Of a stretch of DNA of 50,077 nucleotides, positions 1 to 12,189 are shown in pieces (within the stretch, counting starts at the first letter, position 1; each line of letters starts with the position of its first letter). Below the pieces are notes generated by a model. It worked only from the letters and a program-made list of their open reading frames with translations, did no database searches and had not been told where the DNA came from. The translations under genes were made by a program, and so were the position numbers. The stretch is from assembly GCA_031763465.1 (NCBI GenBank), contig JARFOE010000001.1, positions 16,033,591-16,083,667 on the forward strand, given 5' to 3'. The stretch comes from Squatina squatina. Lineage: Eukaryota.

Positions 1-194
1 TTGAGTTATGCTAATGAGCTAGTAGTCGCCTCTGCCGGATTTGCCCTTTTTCTTCAGTACTTCATGACTCTCTTGTGTCTAAAGCCTGTGTCCCACAGAT
101 TTCCTCTTGAGGAACTTTCAGCAATTCAGATTACGACCCAGTTTTCAATGTCTAACCTGTACTTTAAAATCCTTATTTTCTTTTGCATTTGAAG

Positions 195-371
195 ATGATT
201 CAAACCTTCTCTCGCTGTATCCTGTGTTCAGAGGATGAAGTGGACCTTGATGAATTGCTAGCTACTCGACTTGTCAGTTTTATGATGGATCATTATCAAG
301 ATATTTTGAGAGTTCCTGAGCATCTGCAAAGTGCAGTAGAGGAACATTTAGCCCACCTCCGAAGAGTTCAG
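195..371 (+). CDS. DEPDC1B: DEP domain-containing protein 1B, late internal coding exon (C-terminal RhoGAP-like region)
   Basis: Acceptor tttgaag|, donor CAG|GTACTT, 177 nt, phase 0/0. Encodes [59 protein letters not shown], closely matching the recalled mammalian DEPDC1B segment ending AHLRRVQ. DEPDC1B lies upstream of PDE4D on the same strand in mammals. Confidence 0.92.
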
Positions 372-974
372 GTACTTTTAAAGAGCTTTTGATTTGAGAC
401 TACGTGTGAAGCAACAGTATTTTTTCACTTAAAAATAGTATTATTGGAAAATAATATGCAATCTGATCTCCTGCAGTATTTTTAAAATCTGTAGAAACTC
501 ATGCTTACAGCCTCAAAGNNNNNNNNNNNNNNNNNNNNNNNNNNNNNNNNNNNNNNNNNNNNNNNNNNNNNNNNNNNNNNNNNNNNNNNNNNNNNNNNNN
601 NNNNNNNNNNNNNNNNNNCGTTTACATACTTTGGCCTGGGGTTTCCACTCGATTATGTTGGTTTCTTTGGTCCAATTCCCCCGATATCAATGTAACTGGC
701 ACAAAGGATCGCAGAATTTTAGGTGCAAATGGCGTTCAGTGCCACTCGAGTTTCCATGATCTTTTGCACTAGATTTAGAAACATCTCTCTGGAAGCAGGC
801 CCTGCCCACAAAACTGGCAACAGCCATCATTAATCATTATTGGGAGTTTCTGCAAATTGCACTCATTTGTAGGTCTTCGAGGAGGCTCCAAAATTTAAGC
901 TGGAACTTTCGGGTGCAAGGACACTAGTAGGTACTTTTTGAAAGGCTTTGACTGTAATGTTTTTAAAAATTTAC

Positions 975-1304
975 TAAGGAACAAAGGTAATGCAATAACC
1001 TTGAGGGTTTTAATTTTCGTACAGATTGGGAAAATCAAATTGGCAAGGGTAGTCTGGAGGACAAGTTCATGGAATGCATTCAAGACAGTTTCCTAGAACA
1101 ATACATCATGGAACCAACCAGGGAATAGGCTATTTTAGACCTTGGATTGTGCAATGAGACAGGGTTAATTACAAATCTCATAGTAAAGGATCCTCTGGGA
1201 AGATTGATCATAATATGATAAAAATTTCACATTGAGTTTGAAAGTGAAATACTTCAGTCAGAAATGAGAGTCTTAACTTAAATAAAGCCAATTACAATAG
1301 TATG
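975..1304 (+). mobile_element. CR1-clade LINE ORF2 fragment (AP endonuclease C-terminal part), degenerate
   Basis: Translates to GxFN..DW...FMECIQDSFLEQYIMEPTRE*AILDL-type motifs, with stops. Confidence 0.8.
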
Positions 1305-1404
1305 NNNNNNNNNNNNNNNNNNNNNNNNNNNNNNNNNNNNNNNNNNNNNNNNNNNNNNNNNNNNNNNNNNNNNNNNNNNNNNNNNNNNNNNNNNNNNNNN
1401 NNNN

Positions 1405-1492
1405 AGCACTTCCACTGGAGTGTCAGCCTAGATTTTTGTGCTTAAGCCTCTGGAGAGATGAGGCTGCTACCAACTGAGCCATTGGTGACACT
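1405..1492 (-). mobile_element. 5' fragment of the same SINE family
   Basis: gtgtcagcctagatttttgtgcttaag...gctaccaactgagcc..gtgacac is similar to 43475-43570. Confidence 0.6.
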
Positions 1493-2358
1493 CTATCAAG
1501 TGCCTTTTTTATGATAGGAATTGTTATTGCCACAAGTGTTGTTTAGTGCATTGTCATTGCTCCTCAATTACCCCAATACTAAATAAATAGGACTAATCGG
1601 TGGTGTGTAGAATTATTGATGTAGTCGCTTGCTTGCAATCAATTGTGTATGCATGTAAATAATCTGCAGTCTGAAGCAAATAGCTTTTTCTTTAAAAAGA
1701 GAATTTGCTCTGTAGAGCTCTAATACTGTTGCAACAAATGAGTGAAGCCTGGCATCCTACCGCTGGTGCTGACTGGATAGCCTTGTCTGTGCTGGACTGC
1801 GATCGTTTGTGGTGATGGCACGCTTCCCTTCCTCGGAGACCTTCAGCTTGTCTTTTATATTATTCTGATCTTAAAATAATTGTGATTTCATAAATGAAAA
1901 GTTTAAAATATATGACACATATCCTGCATCATTAAAAAAAGTGTTCTTGTGGCATTTATTTTCTAATTGTGACTCACATTATTTACAGATGAGACACTGC
2001 TGATTGACAGTCAAGCATGTATTTAAAAGAATAAACAATCCAACAGAGCTCTGATATATTCGCATTTTCCCAATGATCCCTGCAGAGTTGCTTCTTCAGC
2101 AATGTTTGTGATTTTCCCATCATAAATGTTAAGGAGAATCAGTTTCACAAGTCATAAATATTCCCCAGCTATCCAGCCTATCTAATCTTTGGAATATGTT
2201 TTATGAAGAGTATAGATCTGAATATCATCTGATGGAGACTTTTACTTGATGTCTTGATTTCATGTTCTGTTCAATAATTTACATTTAATGACTCTATTCA
2301 CCTGATTTATGTCTTTTTCTGTTAAATAAACTTCTTTAAAGATAAATTTTTTTTTCAG

Positions 2359-2492
2359 CAAAAGGTCTTCATGGACTTTAAATTTTGACTGTCAAACCTT
2401 GGAAATAAGCAGAAGGCGTAAAAAACCTCCAGAATAACTGGGATTCCATCATGGAAAATAACGACAGCAGTGTCACTGCCAACAGTGAGAGC
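2359..2492 (+). CDS. PDE4D: PDE4D7-type exon: 92 nt of 5'UTR plus first 14 codons (CDS 2451-2492, MENNDSSVTANSES)
   Basis: Strong acceptor (T-run, tttcag|) and donor AGC|GTAAGT. Exactly 42 coding nt in phase 0 ending in Ser, the same architecture as the first coding exon of mammalian PDE4D7 (MKRNTCDLLSRSKS). Located between DEPDC1B and the PDE4D5 exon. Amino-acid identity is low. Confidence 0.7.
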
Positions 2493-3479
2493 GTAAGTGA
2501 CACGCACACATTTCCTAATTCTATTCACTCGGAACCTTTTGACTTTTGTAAAAACTTAAACANNNNNNNNNNNNNNNNNNNNNNNNNNNNNNNNNNNNNN
2601 NNNNNNNNNNNNNNNNNNNNNNNNNNNNNNNNNNNNNNNNNNNNNNNNNNNNNNNNNNNNNNTCCTGTGTTATATGCCTTTAACAAGCTCTCAAAGTGTG
2701 GCTGATTTGATAAGCTGGTCCAGCTTTTGCTGTCGTAGCTTGCAAATGTATCTTTGAATCTTGAATGTGACAGCTTTGTAATCCTCTAAGCCAGCTAATA
2801 TTCTATTTACAGTGTATATATAAAAAGATATTCCTGTACTGAATGTCATATTATTTCTCTAAATCTGCTTTAATGATGCCTCAAGGAAGCTTGTTACCTT
2901 TCTTTAAAGGTCATACAATACTAATTTCAGTTGTCATTTTCACTCATAAACCTGAATTTGACTAAAAAAGTTGTAACTCAGCTGAAAAGGCACTCTTAGT
3001 GCTCCAGTATGCAGTTATAGGGGCCACTTTTCCTCTGTTTTGCACGCTAAGGGCAACTATTTTTGGAAACAGGGCAGAGGGGAAATAGGCAGAGATCCAT
3101 TTCACCAGGTCTGTGCCTCAACTGCACTACTTGTGCACTTCCATACAGCGGGGGTAATTTTGATTTTGGGTGTGTAAAATGGGCAATATTGATTCAGCCA
3201 CCCATTATATGGAAATTAAAATCAGGAAAGATAGGGATCTACCTGGACTCCAATTCCCACTCCTACAGGTGGCAGAGGCAAGTGACTATCTCCCTGTTGA
3301 AATGACGTACACACTGCATTTTTCCCTGAGGTTTGGATGATGTTTTGTTTCTGAATACCTGCAAACAGTAATGCTTCCTNNNNNNNNNNNNNNNNNNNNN
3401 NNNNNNNNNNNNNNNNNNNNNNNNNNNNNNNNNNNNNNNNNNNNNNNNNNNNNNNNNNNNNNNNNNNNNNNNNNNNNNN

Positions 3480-3790
3480 TGTTGACGCCCGGTGATGCTG
3501 CAGGGGGTGGGAGCAAATATCCCATCCTGGGCGCTGCGCACTGGCCGACGTCACGATCTACGGGGCGCAAGAGAGCGAGGCAGTAAGTGTTAGTGCCATT
3601 GCAAAACAGCCACAGAAGTTCAAGGGCGTCGGTGAAATCGCCGTGCCTGGTCAATAACCCTTCAGCGTCAACGTCACCGCCCGCCGCGAGCGCTAACGGG
3701 AGGCGCAAACCTGGCGAGTTTCTCCCCGCTCGCCTCTACTCCCCGCTTTCTCATGCGGGCTTGGGTGAGATGGCGATGGTAACGTGAGGA
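3480..3790. repeat. GC-rich repeat arm, same group
   Basis: CpG-dense with gacgtca, ggggcgcaa and gcgctaac motifs; starts at a gap. Confidence 0.5.
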
Positions 3791-4174
3791 ATTGTACAAG
3801 CCTTTAGTCTTGAGAGAAGCCACCTAAAAGGGGAACCTCATAGAGTTGTGTAGGAGAATAAACTGTCTGTAAAAGTTAAGTCTGGAACAGTACTTCGAGT
3901 TAAACCATGAAAATAAAACGAGTGGACAAGTTTGAACTTCTGGATGTCAGGAAATTATTTATGCAGAGTGATCAAAAGAACCTTAGAATCGGTTACAAAA
4001 CAGCTGGGGGTGGGGGGTGGGTGCAGACGAAGGTTTATTTTTCCCTTTGCTGAATGGGACTACTCTCCCCGCTCCCCCATATCTAACTTGTGAATCTCTC
4101 CCTCTCCTTTACCACTCTTGGTACACATGTGTCTCCAGGATATAACGTAGTAGTTAATGAATAAATTGAAACAA

Positions 4175-4490
4175 AGAGTTAGCATGCAGGTACAGCAAGA
4201 AATTAATGGTATGTTAGTGTTTATTGCCGGGGCGTTGGAGTATAAGTGTAAGGAAGTCTTGCTGCAATTATATAGAGCTTTGGGAGACCACACCTGAAGT
4301 ACCGTGTACAGTTTCGGTCTCCTTACCTCAGGAAGGGTATACTTGCCTTTGAGGGGGTACAACAAAGGTTCACTAGATTGGTTCCTCCGATGACGGGATT
4401 GTTGTACGAGGCGAGATTGAGTAGAATTGGCCTATATTTTCTGGAGTTTAGAAGAATGAGCGATGATCTCACTGAAATGTATAAAATTCT
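4175..4490 (+). mobile_element. CR1 LINE ORF2 3' fragment
   Basis: GLEYKCKEVLLQLYRAL.RPHL / WSPYLRK / LEFRRM..DL motifs, with frameshifts. Confidence 0.85.
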
Positions 4491-6396
4491 TTTCTAAACT
4501 TCAGTTCTGACAAAAGGTCATTGANNNNNNNNNNNNNNNNNNNNNNNNNNNNNNNNNNNNNNNNNNNNNNNNNNNNNNNNNNNNNNNNNNNNNNNNNNNN
4601 NNNNNNNNNNNNNNNNNNNNNNNNGAACAAATCTCAACAAGGTAAACTGACATTTTACGGTTTTGTTTGATGCAAGCAGCTCGGTGAATTATTGCAATCA
4701 AAGCTTTTTGCACACGCCAACCCAATGATTTTAATGTAATAGTTTTCCCAAATGAAAGCTACACAGAGAATCCTGTGTTTGCGTTCACCAAGCCAACGAA
4801 AATAAGCCTGAAATCCATCAATCATGACACAAAACTGATATGTGGTGCGAGGCTGCAGTGTAGGAAACAGTAATTCAGGATTGTTTTGCATGCCTTGTGA
4901 AAGAATTTTCATGTCTTAACAATATTATATGTATTAGTAATTGTCTTCTATGGTCAGACCTAGATATTTTTGTGTAAAACGAGGTAACCTTGACTGTGTT
5001 CTTATAACTAACTGCAAGAATATACAATGAAAGGCAATTGAGCATTGGATAGAGCACCCCATCAATGTGCTTTAACAGTGATCTGTACGAATTACTTTAT
5101 AATTCTAAATTTAAGAAAAGAAAACATCTATATACTTAGCAGGATATCTCATGTTTTATTATGTTTTTCATGTTTTATTAAAGCAGTCAATTTGCGTAGA
5201 ATTTGCTGTTCAGTAACGTCATACAGTTTTGCTTTAGTGACATCCTAAATGGGGTGGACAGGGGAATAGAGGCAGGTGCGCAACATTAAAAAAAGGATTT
5301 TACAAAAGCAGTGCCTGCTTCAGACCAGCACTTTTAAAACGTGAGCACAGGAACAAGGCTCAATTTGGAAATAATCAAATACAGCAGAACTAACAATAAT
5401 ATTTAGAATTATGTGGGAATGATAATTCAGTTAAACACACTCACCCTTTACATAATGTACTTAAATGAAGCATAAGAACATAATAAACATAAGAAATGGC
5501 CATTTTGGAACCCAAGTTTGTCCCTTCAGTACCCTAACTCTTTCAACCCAGCATCCAGCCATGTTTTGAAAGCCCCTGGTGAATTTGCCTCTAATCCCTG
5601 CCTGGCAAACTATTTCAGATACTTAACGCCTTTTGCACAAAGAAGCTCTTCCTAATTGATTTTTATTAAAATTACAGTTTGCAAAAGTAATCTTATGTCC
5701 TATTGATCTGCTGGTCCATCCTACATTGAGTTAATATTGCTGGTTTACACTGTTCAAACCTTATAAAGCCTGATTTTACAAAATTACTCTTTTGGAGATT
5801 TTACAAAATTGAGCTGCTGAAGGGGAGTTGCACCTGCCAGGAGCACATGTGAGATATTTTGAGAGCAGCACACAGAGTTTTCCTCCATTAATGGGCAGGA
5901 AATCATGGAGTCCATGCACCCAAATTCCCAATATGTGTTCCTGGCAGGAGAGGCTTCCCAATAAAAGCACTATTTTGTAAATACAGCCCATTATTACTTT
6001 GCATAGCTCAATGAAGTCACCTAAGGCCCTTCAGGTGCATTGTCTCAGGGAGTGCACTAAATAAGGCTGGGACCCAGATACGCCAGGTCCTGGCTGAATG
6101 TTGGGGATTCCATAGGGCAATGTAAGGGATGGATCCTCTGCTTACCCCTTACCATGTCAGCCACAAAAGAGAGGGGAAGGCTGGTTGGGGCTTGGACTCT
6201 CAAAGTCCAGAGCTCCCTTTCACTAATCTGTGTCAAAATGTGTATCAATGGGAATAAGACCATAAGAAATAGGAACAGGAGTAGGCCTGCTCCGTCNNNN
6301 NNNNNNNNNNNNNNNNNNNNNNNNNNNNNNNNNNNNNNNNNNNNNNNNNNNNNNNNNNNNNNNNNNNNNNNNNNNNNNNNNNNNNNNNNNNNNNNN

Positions 6397-6500
6397 AGCA
6401 GGTACGGGGTACTGATCAGCCATGATCATATTGAATGGCGGTGCAGGCTCGAAGGGCCGAATGGCATACTCCTGCACCTATTTTTCTATGTTTCTATGTT
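6397..6500 (+). mobile_element. CR1-type 3' tail (as shared by elasmobranch HER1 LINE/HE1 SINE)
   Basis: gatcagccatgatcatattgaatggcggtgcaggctcgaagggccgaatggc..actcctgcacctattttt(ctatgttt)n. Confidence 0.8.
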
Positions 6501-8567
6501 TTCTGAGAACAATGTCTGCGTGTGCACCCATAATTTAAATTAGAGACCATATTGCATGAATGCCTAGATCACCTTGACTCGGCAAAATATGTGGTGGTGC
6601 CAGTTGAAGGTTAGTTTTTTTAAACATTTCAAGTGTTCAAAATTCCTACTTTGACTAATGCAATCAATTACCTTAAAGTAACCATTTAAATCTCATAACT
6701 CCTCCTGGAACTCGTAGCGATACTGATGCCCGGAACACACCAATCTTCCTTGCATCTAGCGTTGCTAGGTTGCTCATAATAGGAACTATGCCATAAGACA
6801 TCATCCTGTCCTTGGCATCTATTGAAACATACCCACCGAAGAAGATAGGAACACTGAGGCCCTTGATATTTTGCCAAGAGTTTCAGTAAACTGTAAATAG
6901 TAGAGCCAACAAATGACAATGGTTTATAATACCTGTTTTAACAAAAATATTTTATTGATACTATCTATATTTAATCACATATATTTTTAAAACCATGTGT
7001 TTTGTTCCTCATTGGAAATAAGAAGTGTAAGATTCAGAGCAGTTCGTAGCTCACTATTTAAATAATTAATTATGCAAAGCTTCATTTTGGCTGGCTGGTC
7101 TGAATCTGCGACAAGCAACACATCTGAGTAATACTTCCACTGATGGATTTTCCTTTGATATGTAGTTTTCTTTATTTGAGTTTGTAGGAGAATAGAGGCT
7201 TTATAGAAAGGGACAGCACTTGTATATTGTGGAAGCTATATAAACGATATAATAAGAAAATAAAACCACTGGTGCTCAGAAGCATCTACTAAGCCAAGTG
7301 GCAAAATAATAATTTGGCAGACACACAGATGGAGTTTGACATGTCGGGGTAGAATTTCCACAAGGTTTGTCCCAATCTCCTGCTGTAACTTTGGCAGAAA
7401 CCCTGGGGAAATAGCGTCAATGGCCATTTGTGCCATTTCTGCAGGATCTTCTGCTAAACGACGAGAAGTCATGAGAAGTCCATCAGAAATTCCAGGTGAT
7501 CGTCTTNNNNNNNNNNNNNNNNNNNNNNNNNNNNNNNNNNNNNNNNNNNNNNNNNNNNNNNNNNNNNNNNNNNNNNNNNNNNNNNNNNNNNNNNNNNNNN
7601 NNNNNNTAGATCTTGAAAGCTGTTTACAAATGTAAGCTCTTTTTAATGTTTTTCTGAATTTTGTTGCTGCTATTCATATCATCAGTTGTTGGCTGCTAAA
7701 AGCAGTTGTTGTGGCACATTTCTACAATGTGGTACTCTGTCATTTGAAAATGTTATATTAATGAGATACAGAGATGTGATTCACACCCTAGAATGCGAAG
7801 AGGCATAAATAGCATAGATGTAAGTAGGTTATTTAATTTGGACTGAACACAAACTCAAGGGATATAGCTTCAGAATTAACAAGCTTCAAGTAAGATTAGG
7901 TCCCCTTTCAAGATTTATGGATATTTGGAATAGACTCAGCAAAAGCAGTTAACGTTGTATTAATAACTCTTTTTCAAAGAGTTGGGTAAACATCTGGTCA
8001 GAAATATGACTGAATAGTAATATATTTAAATATGTGCTGAGGTGAGTAAATATTCTTGTGAGGCTCAAAGATTTCTGTGTTGCTGTGTCTGGGAAGGGTA
8101 TTCCAATAATGGGGAAATGCTGAATTGCATGAATTGCAGACACCAGTTTTTTGTGTAGCAATTATGGAAGAATTGTTGATGACTAGATTGTTTTCCATGA
8201 TTAAAGCTATAGAGATTTCTTTTGTGAAGTCTTTTATGGGAAAATCCAGACATGCTAAAAATTAAAATTAGTTCAAAGTTTAGTAATTTTTTTCCAATAA
8301 AAATTCTTTGATAATGCCAGGTTAGCATTTGTGATTCGACTGTTGCAGTGACATGAATGTGAGATTTCACAATATTCACCAAATGGAAAAATCTTGTTTC
8401 ATCAGGATCCTATTTCCATTACAGTACTTTTGTTCTGGCTTTGGAAAATGAACAAAAATTAGGAAACNNNNNNNNNNNNNNNNNNNNNNNNNNNNNNNNN
8501 NNNNNNNNNNNNNNNNNNNNNNNNNNNNNNNNNNNNNNNNNNNNNNNNNNNNNNNNNNNNNNNNNNN

Positions 8568-9390
8568 CATTTTTTGAGAAAGTGACTAAAGTAGAACACA
8601 GGTGAATTTTTAATAGCTGCAGTTTATATGGACTTCCAGAAGGTATTTGATAAGGTCCCACATAAGAGACTGTTAGCTAAAGTTAAAGCTCATGGAGTTG
8701 AAGGCAAATTATTGATCTGGTTAGGAGATTTGTTTGGTGGTGGAAGACAGAGAGTAGGGATAATGGGTATGGACTCAAATTGGAAGGAAGTGACTAGTGG
8801 TGACCCACAGGGATCAATGCTGGGGCCTCAACTATTTACTATATGTATTAATGATTTTTATAATACAATAGAGAACCACATACCCAAGACAAAAGCAAAA
8901 CCCTCCAGATGCTGTAAATCTGATTTATAAACAGAAAATGCTGGAAATATTCAGTAGGACTAGCGGCAACTGTTGAGAGAGAAACAGAGTTAACGTTTCA
9001 GCTCGTATATCCAAGTTTGCCGATGACACAAAGATTGGTGGTATAGAACGCAATGTAGAAGGGAGCATAAAATTACAAAGAGACATTGATAGATTAAGTG
9101 AGTGTGCAGAACTGTGGCAGATGGATTTCAATGCAGGTAACTGTGAAGTTACCTATTTTGGACCAAAAAGGGATAGATCTGAGTATTATTTAAATGGTGT
9201 AAATCTAGGAACAGTGGAGGTCCATGTACGCAGATCACTAAAATGTAGTAGTCAGGGGGAAAAAAATCAGAAAGGTTAATTGAATTAACTAAAGGGCTAG
9301 AATATAAAGGGAAGGAAGTTTTGCTACAGCTATACAAAGCCCTGGTTAGACCACACCTGGAGTACCGTGTACAGTCTGGGCACTGCACAT
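8568..9390 (+). mobile_element. CR1 LINE reverse-transcriptase fragment, interrupted by an insertion at about 8889-9003
   Basis: YMDFQKVFDKVPHKRLL, VTSGDPQGSMLGPQLF, ISKFADDTKIG, LYKALVRPHLEY motifs. Confidence 0.92.
8889..9003 (-). mobile_element. Penelope-like terminal repeat fragment nested in a CR1 RT region
   Basis: agatgctgtaaatctga...aacagaaaatgctggaaatattcag...gaaacagagttaacgtttcag; same family as the copies at 26.5, 30.1 and 37.6 kb. Confidence 0.65.
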
Positions 9391-10408
9391 CTGAAAGAAT
9401 AGAAACATAGAANNNNNNNNNNNNNNNNNNNNNNNNNNNNNNNNNNNNNNNNNNNNNNNNNNNNNNNNNNNNNNNNNNNNNNNNNNNNNNNNNNNNNNNN
9501 NNNNNNNNNNNNTCCTTTACAAAAGTATAAAAAGCTTTTATATGTTTACATGAGTGAGATCGTGAATAAAAGACACAAAGTGACAGGAGCTTCCCTGGCT
9601 GCTATCTGTTGAATTGAGTTATATTGGACAAGAGCCCAGTTTTACAGCGACAGGAAAACATTTACTTTCTGGTTGTCAAGGCACTCACTTCCTGCAAATG
9701 TAAATTGCAGAGAAGGGTCAAGCGACTCAGAAAAGCACCCTGATGGAGATAATGGTTATGAATGCTGCAGTAATTTATTTAAGTGTAACTGATGGGATCC
9801 TCGTACTGATCGCTTTGTACTTGCAGAACCAGAGTAACTGCGAGACTTAACTTATTGGTTGTAGCCTATTTGATTGTAATGCCTTAAGTCATTAAAAGTA
9901 TTGAGTGTGAATGTGTTATTCATACAGTTGGAGATTTTCATCTTCCAGGGAAGTCATCAATTGAAGAATAAAGGTTACCAGATCTACCCAAGAGTTTGAG
10001 AATTACTTCTAACAGAAGTAGAAGTAGAAGTTCATTATTAATTCTATGAATATTTTTTATAGTACACAGTATTGAGATCTCAAGATTAAATTAAAAAGGA
10101 TGCTATACACCTAAAATACTTGAGATACTGGGCAACAACTTGAATTTACGCNNNNNNNNNNNNNNNNNNNNNNNNNNNNNNNNNNNNNNNNNNNNNNNNN
10201 NNNNNNNNNNNNNNNNNNNNNNNNNNNNNNNNNNNNNNNNNNNNNNNNNNNAGCAGATTGTTTAGAAAACCTTTTGTGGTGGAAATTTAACTGACATATT
10301 TGTTATCCATACATTTCGACTCGTACAAGGAATTAGTCTCAAGGCATCATTTGTCATTTGACTTGTTGAGTGCTTCAGAGGACCTCTGTGCATATTTATT
10401 GTGAAATA

Positions 10409-10677
10409 ATGGCAGCGCAAGCAACAAGTCCGGACACTGCAACCTCGTCTGATCCAAGAAAAGAATTTCGTCCAAATCCTTCATTAAATGAAGCTCTTGT
10501 GAAGATCATAAGTGGAAACTTGCTGGGACATGAAAAACCTAAAGCTGCACGGAAGTCACCATCCATTTCACCCAGGCTATCCCCCAACATTTCACCCAGA
10601 AATTCACCACGACTTCTGCGAAGAATGATATTGAATGAGAATCAAAAGAAGCGTCGCTTTACAGTAGCTCATACCTG
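10409..10677 (+). CDS. PDE4D: PDE4D5 isoform-specific first coding exon
   Basis: MAAQATSPDT...NPSLNEALVK...NLLGHEKPKAARKS...ISPRNSPRLLRRM...RRFTVAHT(C) matches the PDE4D5 N-terminus. Phase-2 donor TG|GTAAGA joins in frame to the exon at 31618. Confidence 0.95.
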
Positions 10678-12189
10678 GTAAGAATTAATTAATTGCATTA
10701 GCAATAATAACTGAATTTACATATTTAATTTTGAATTTTACTTTGTGAAAGTATGTTCGTTATGAGTTTTGGAAGTAGATTACAAATTATTGCATGTTTT
10801 GTTATCATGACACTTTCATCTGTATTCTTCCCAAACAGCCTGCTAGATGTAGAATATTTTTTAAATAGACAAAATCAGATTTAATAAAGTGCCTCTATTG
10901 TTCCTACAAAGTTCAAGGTGCAGTAGCAGTGATATAAGTAATCTGGCATCAACCTTTAATGAGCACAGTGACCTTGCATTCAAGTGTTTCATTCTTGGTT
11001 ATGTTACAAAAGGTTGTGAAAAGAGAAGGCTACGTAAATTAGATTAAATGAGGTGTGTGTTCATAGAAACACTATTGGTATATTCTGTAAATTGACTTAG
11101 CACTGACCACAATCTTGGATAACTAGGCAGAATATAGGTTTGCATCACTTAGCAATTCCATCAAATTGTATCAGATCTTAAAACTGCTTCAAAATTATTG
11201 CCGTTACAGGAGATTTTCTGTGCTGCCTGTGGCCATCTTGATTATTTTCCTCCTAAGAATTTCAGGGTTAAAAGCATTGTAAAAATTTAGTTGTGTTCAG
11301 CTTCAAACTCAAAGTATAGCAAGAATTTCTTTATCATTCTGGATTTTATCAAGTNNNNNNNNNNNNNNNNNNNNNNNNNNNNNNNNNNNNNNNNNNNNNN
11401 NNNNNNNNNNNNNNNNNNNNNNNNNNNNNNNNNNNNNNNNNNNNNNNNNNNNNNACTTCTGCACTGTAATATGATCATGAGAGATAATGAAGAAAAAATA
11501 AAGAGATTGCAGCAACATTTAGAAGTCAGACAGTCTCCCAGGAAGGTCTGGGGTCCTTTGACGCAATTTGAGCAAAGAGCTGACGTACACTGGGGAGGTT
11601 GTTCACACACCAAAGCCCATATTTCCTGCCTTGTGGTTTTACACAGTGCAGATGGGTTATACTTGTTAAGACTTTAACCAAATCTGTATCTCTTTTTCTA
11701 CACTCAGCACTAATTAAAGCTGCGACATTAGTCTGCTTTAGTTACCTATCTGAGACATAAAAGCAAGCTGTGTGGGTTAAAATAACACCACAATAGTTAT
11801 TGAAATTTAGAATAGTACTTTTATCATTACAAAGATTAAAAAAGTCTGGCAAGTCTTTAATTCCTGAATGGAAACTATGCAAGATGATAGTGCAGTGCGT
11901 CTTTGGAAAATAGATAGGAGTGTTGCAGTGCTGCAGAGAATGCTTTCAGATGCAAAAGAACATTCTGGCATAAGGGTAAAGGAAACTGCATACTTTAAGC
12001 ATAGATTGGATCGCTGTCAAATTAAAGTCTGTGAATAGCTGATAGGACAATACTGTGTAATAGCCCAACTTTGAATAAATGTTTTTCAGCACTGATGTAC
12101 ATTACCAGATTACCAGAAGAATTAGATTGTCCCTTTAAAATAGAATAGTGATTTGGAAAGATTGTGTGTACTCACTGAAGAAATGAGTT

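Noticed and set aside
195-2492. In-frame DEPDC1B-PDE4D fusion by splicing 371 to 2359
   Set aside because: The phase-0 join reads QKVFMDFKF and stops at 2386-2388; the proximity is due to gaps.
3480-3790. CpG island or PDE4D4 GC-rich first exon
   Set aside because: No PDE4D4-like peptide in any frame; it shares motifs with the dispersed GC-rich repeat group and abuts a gap.
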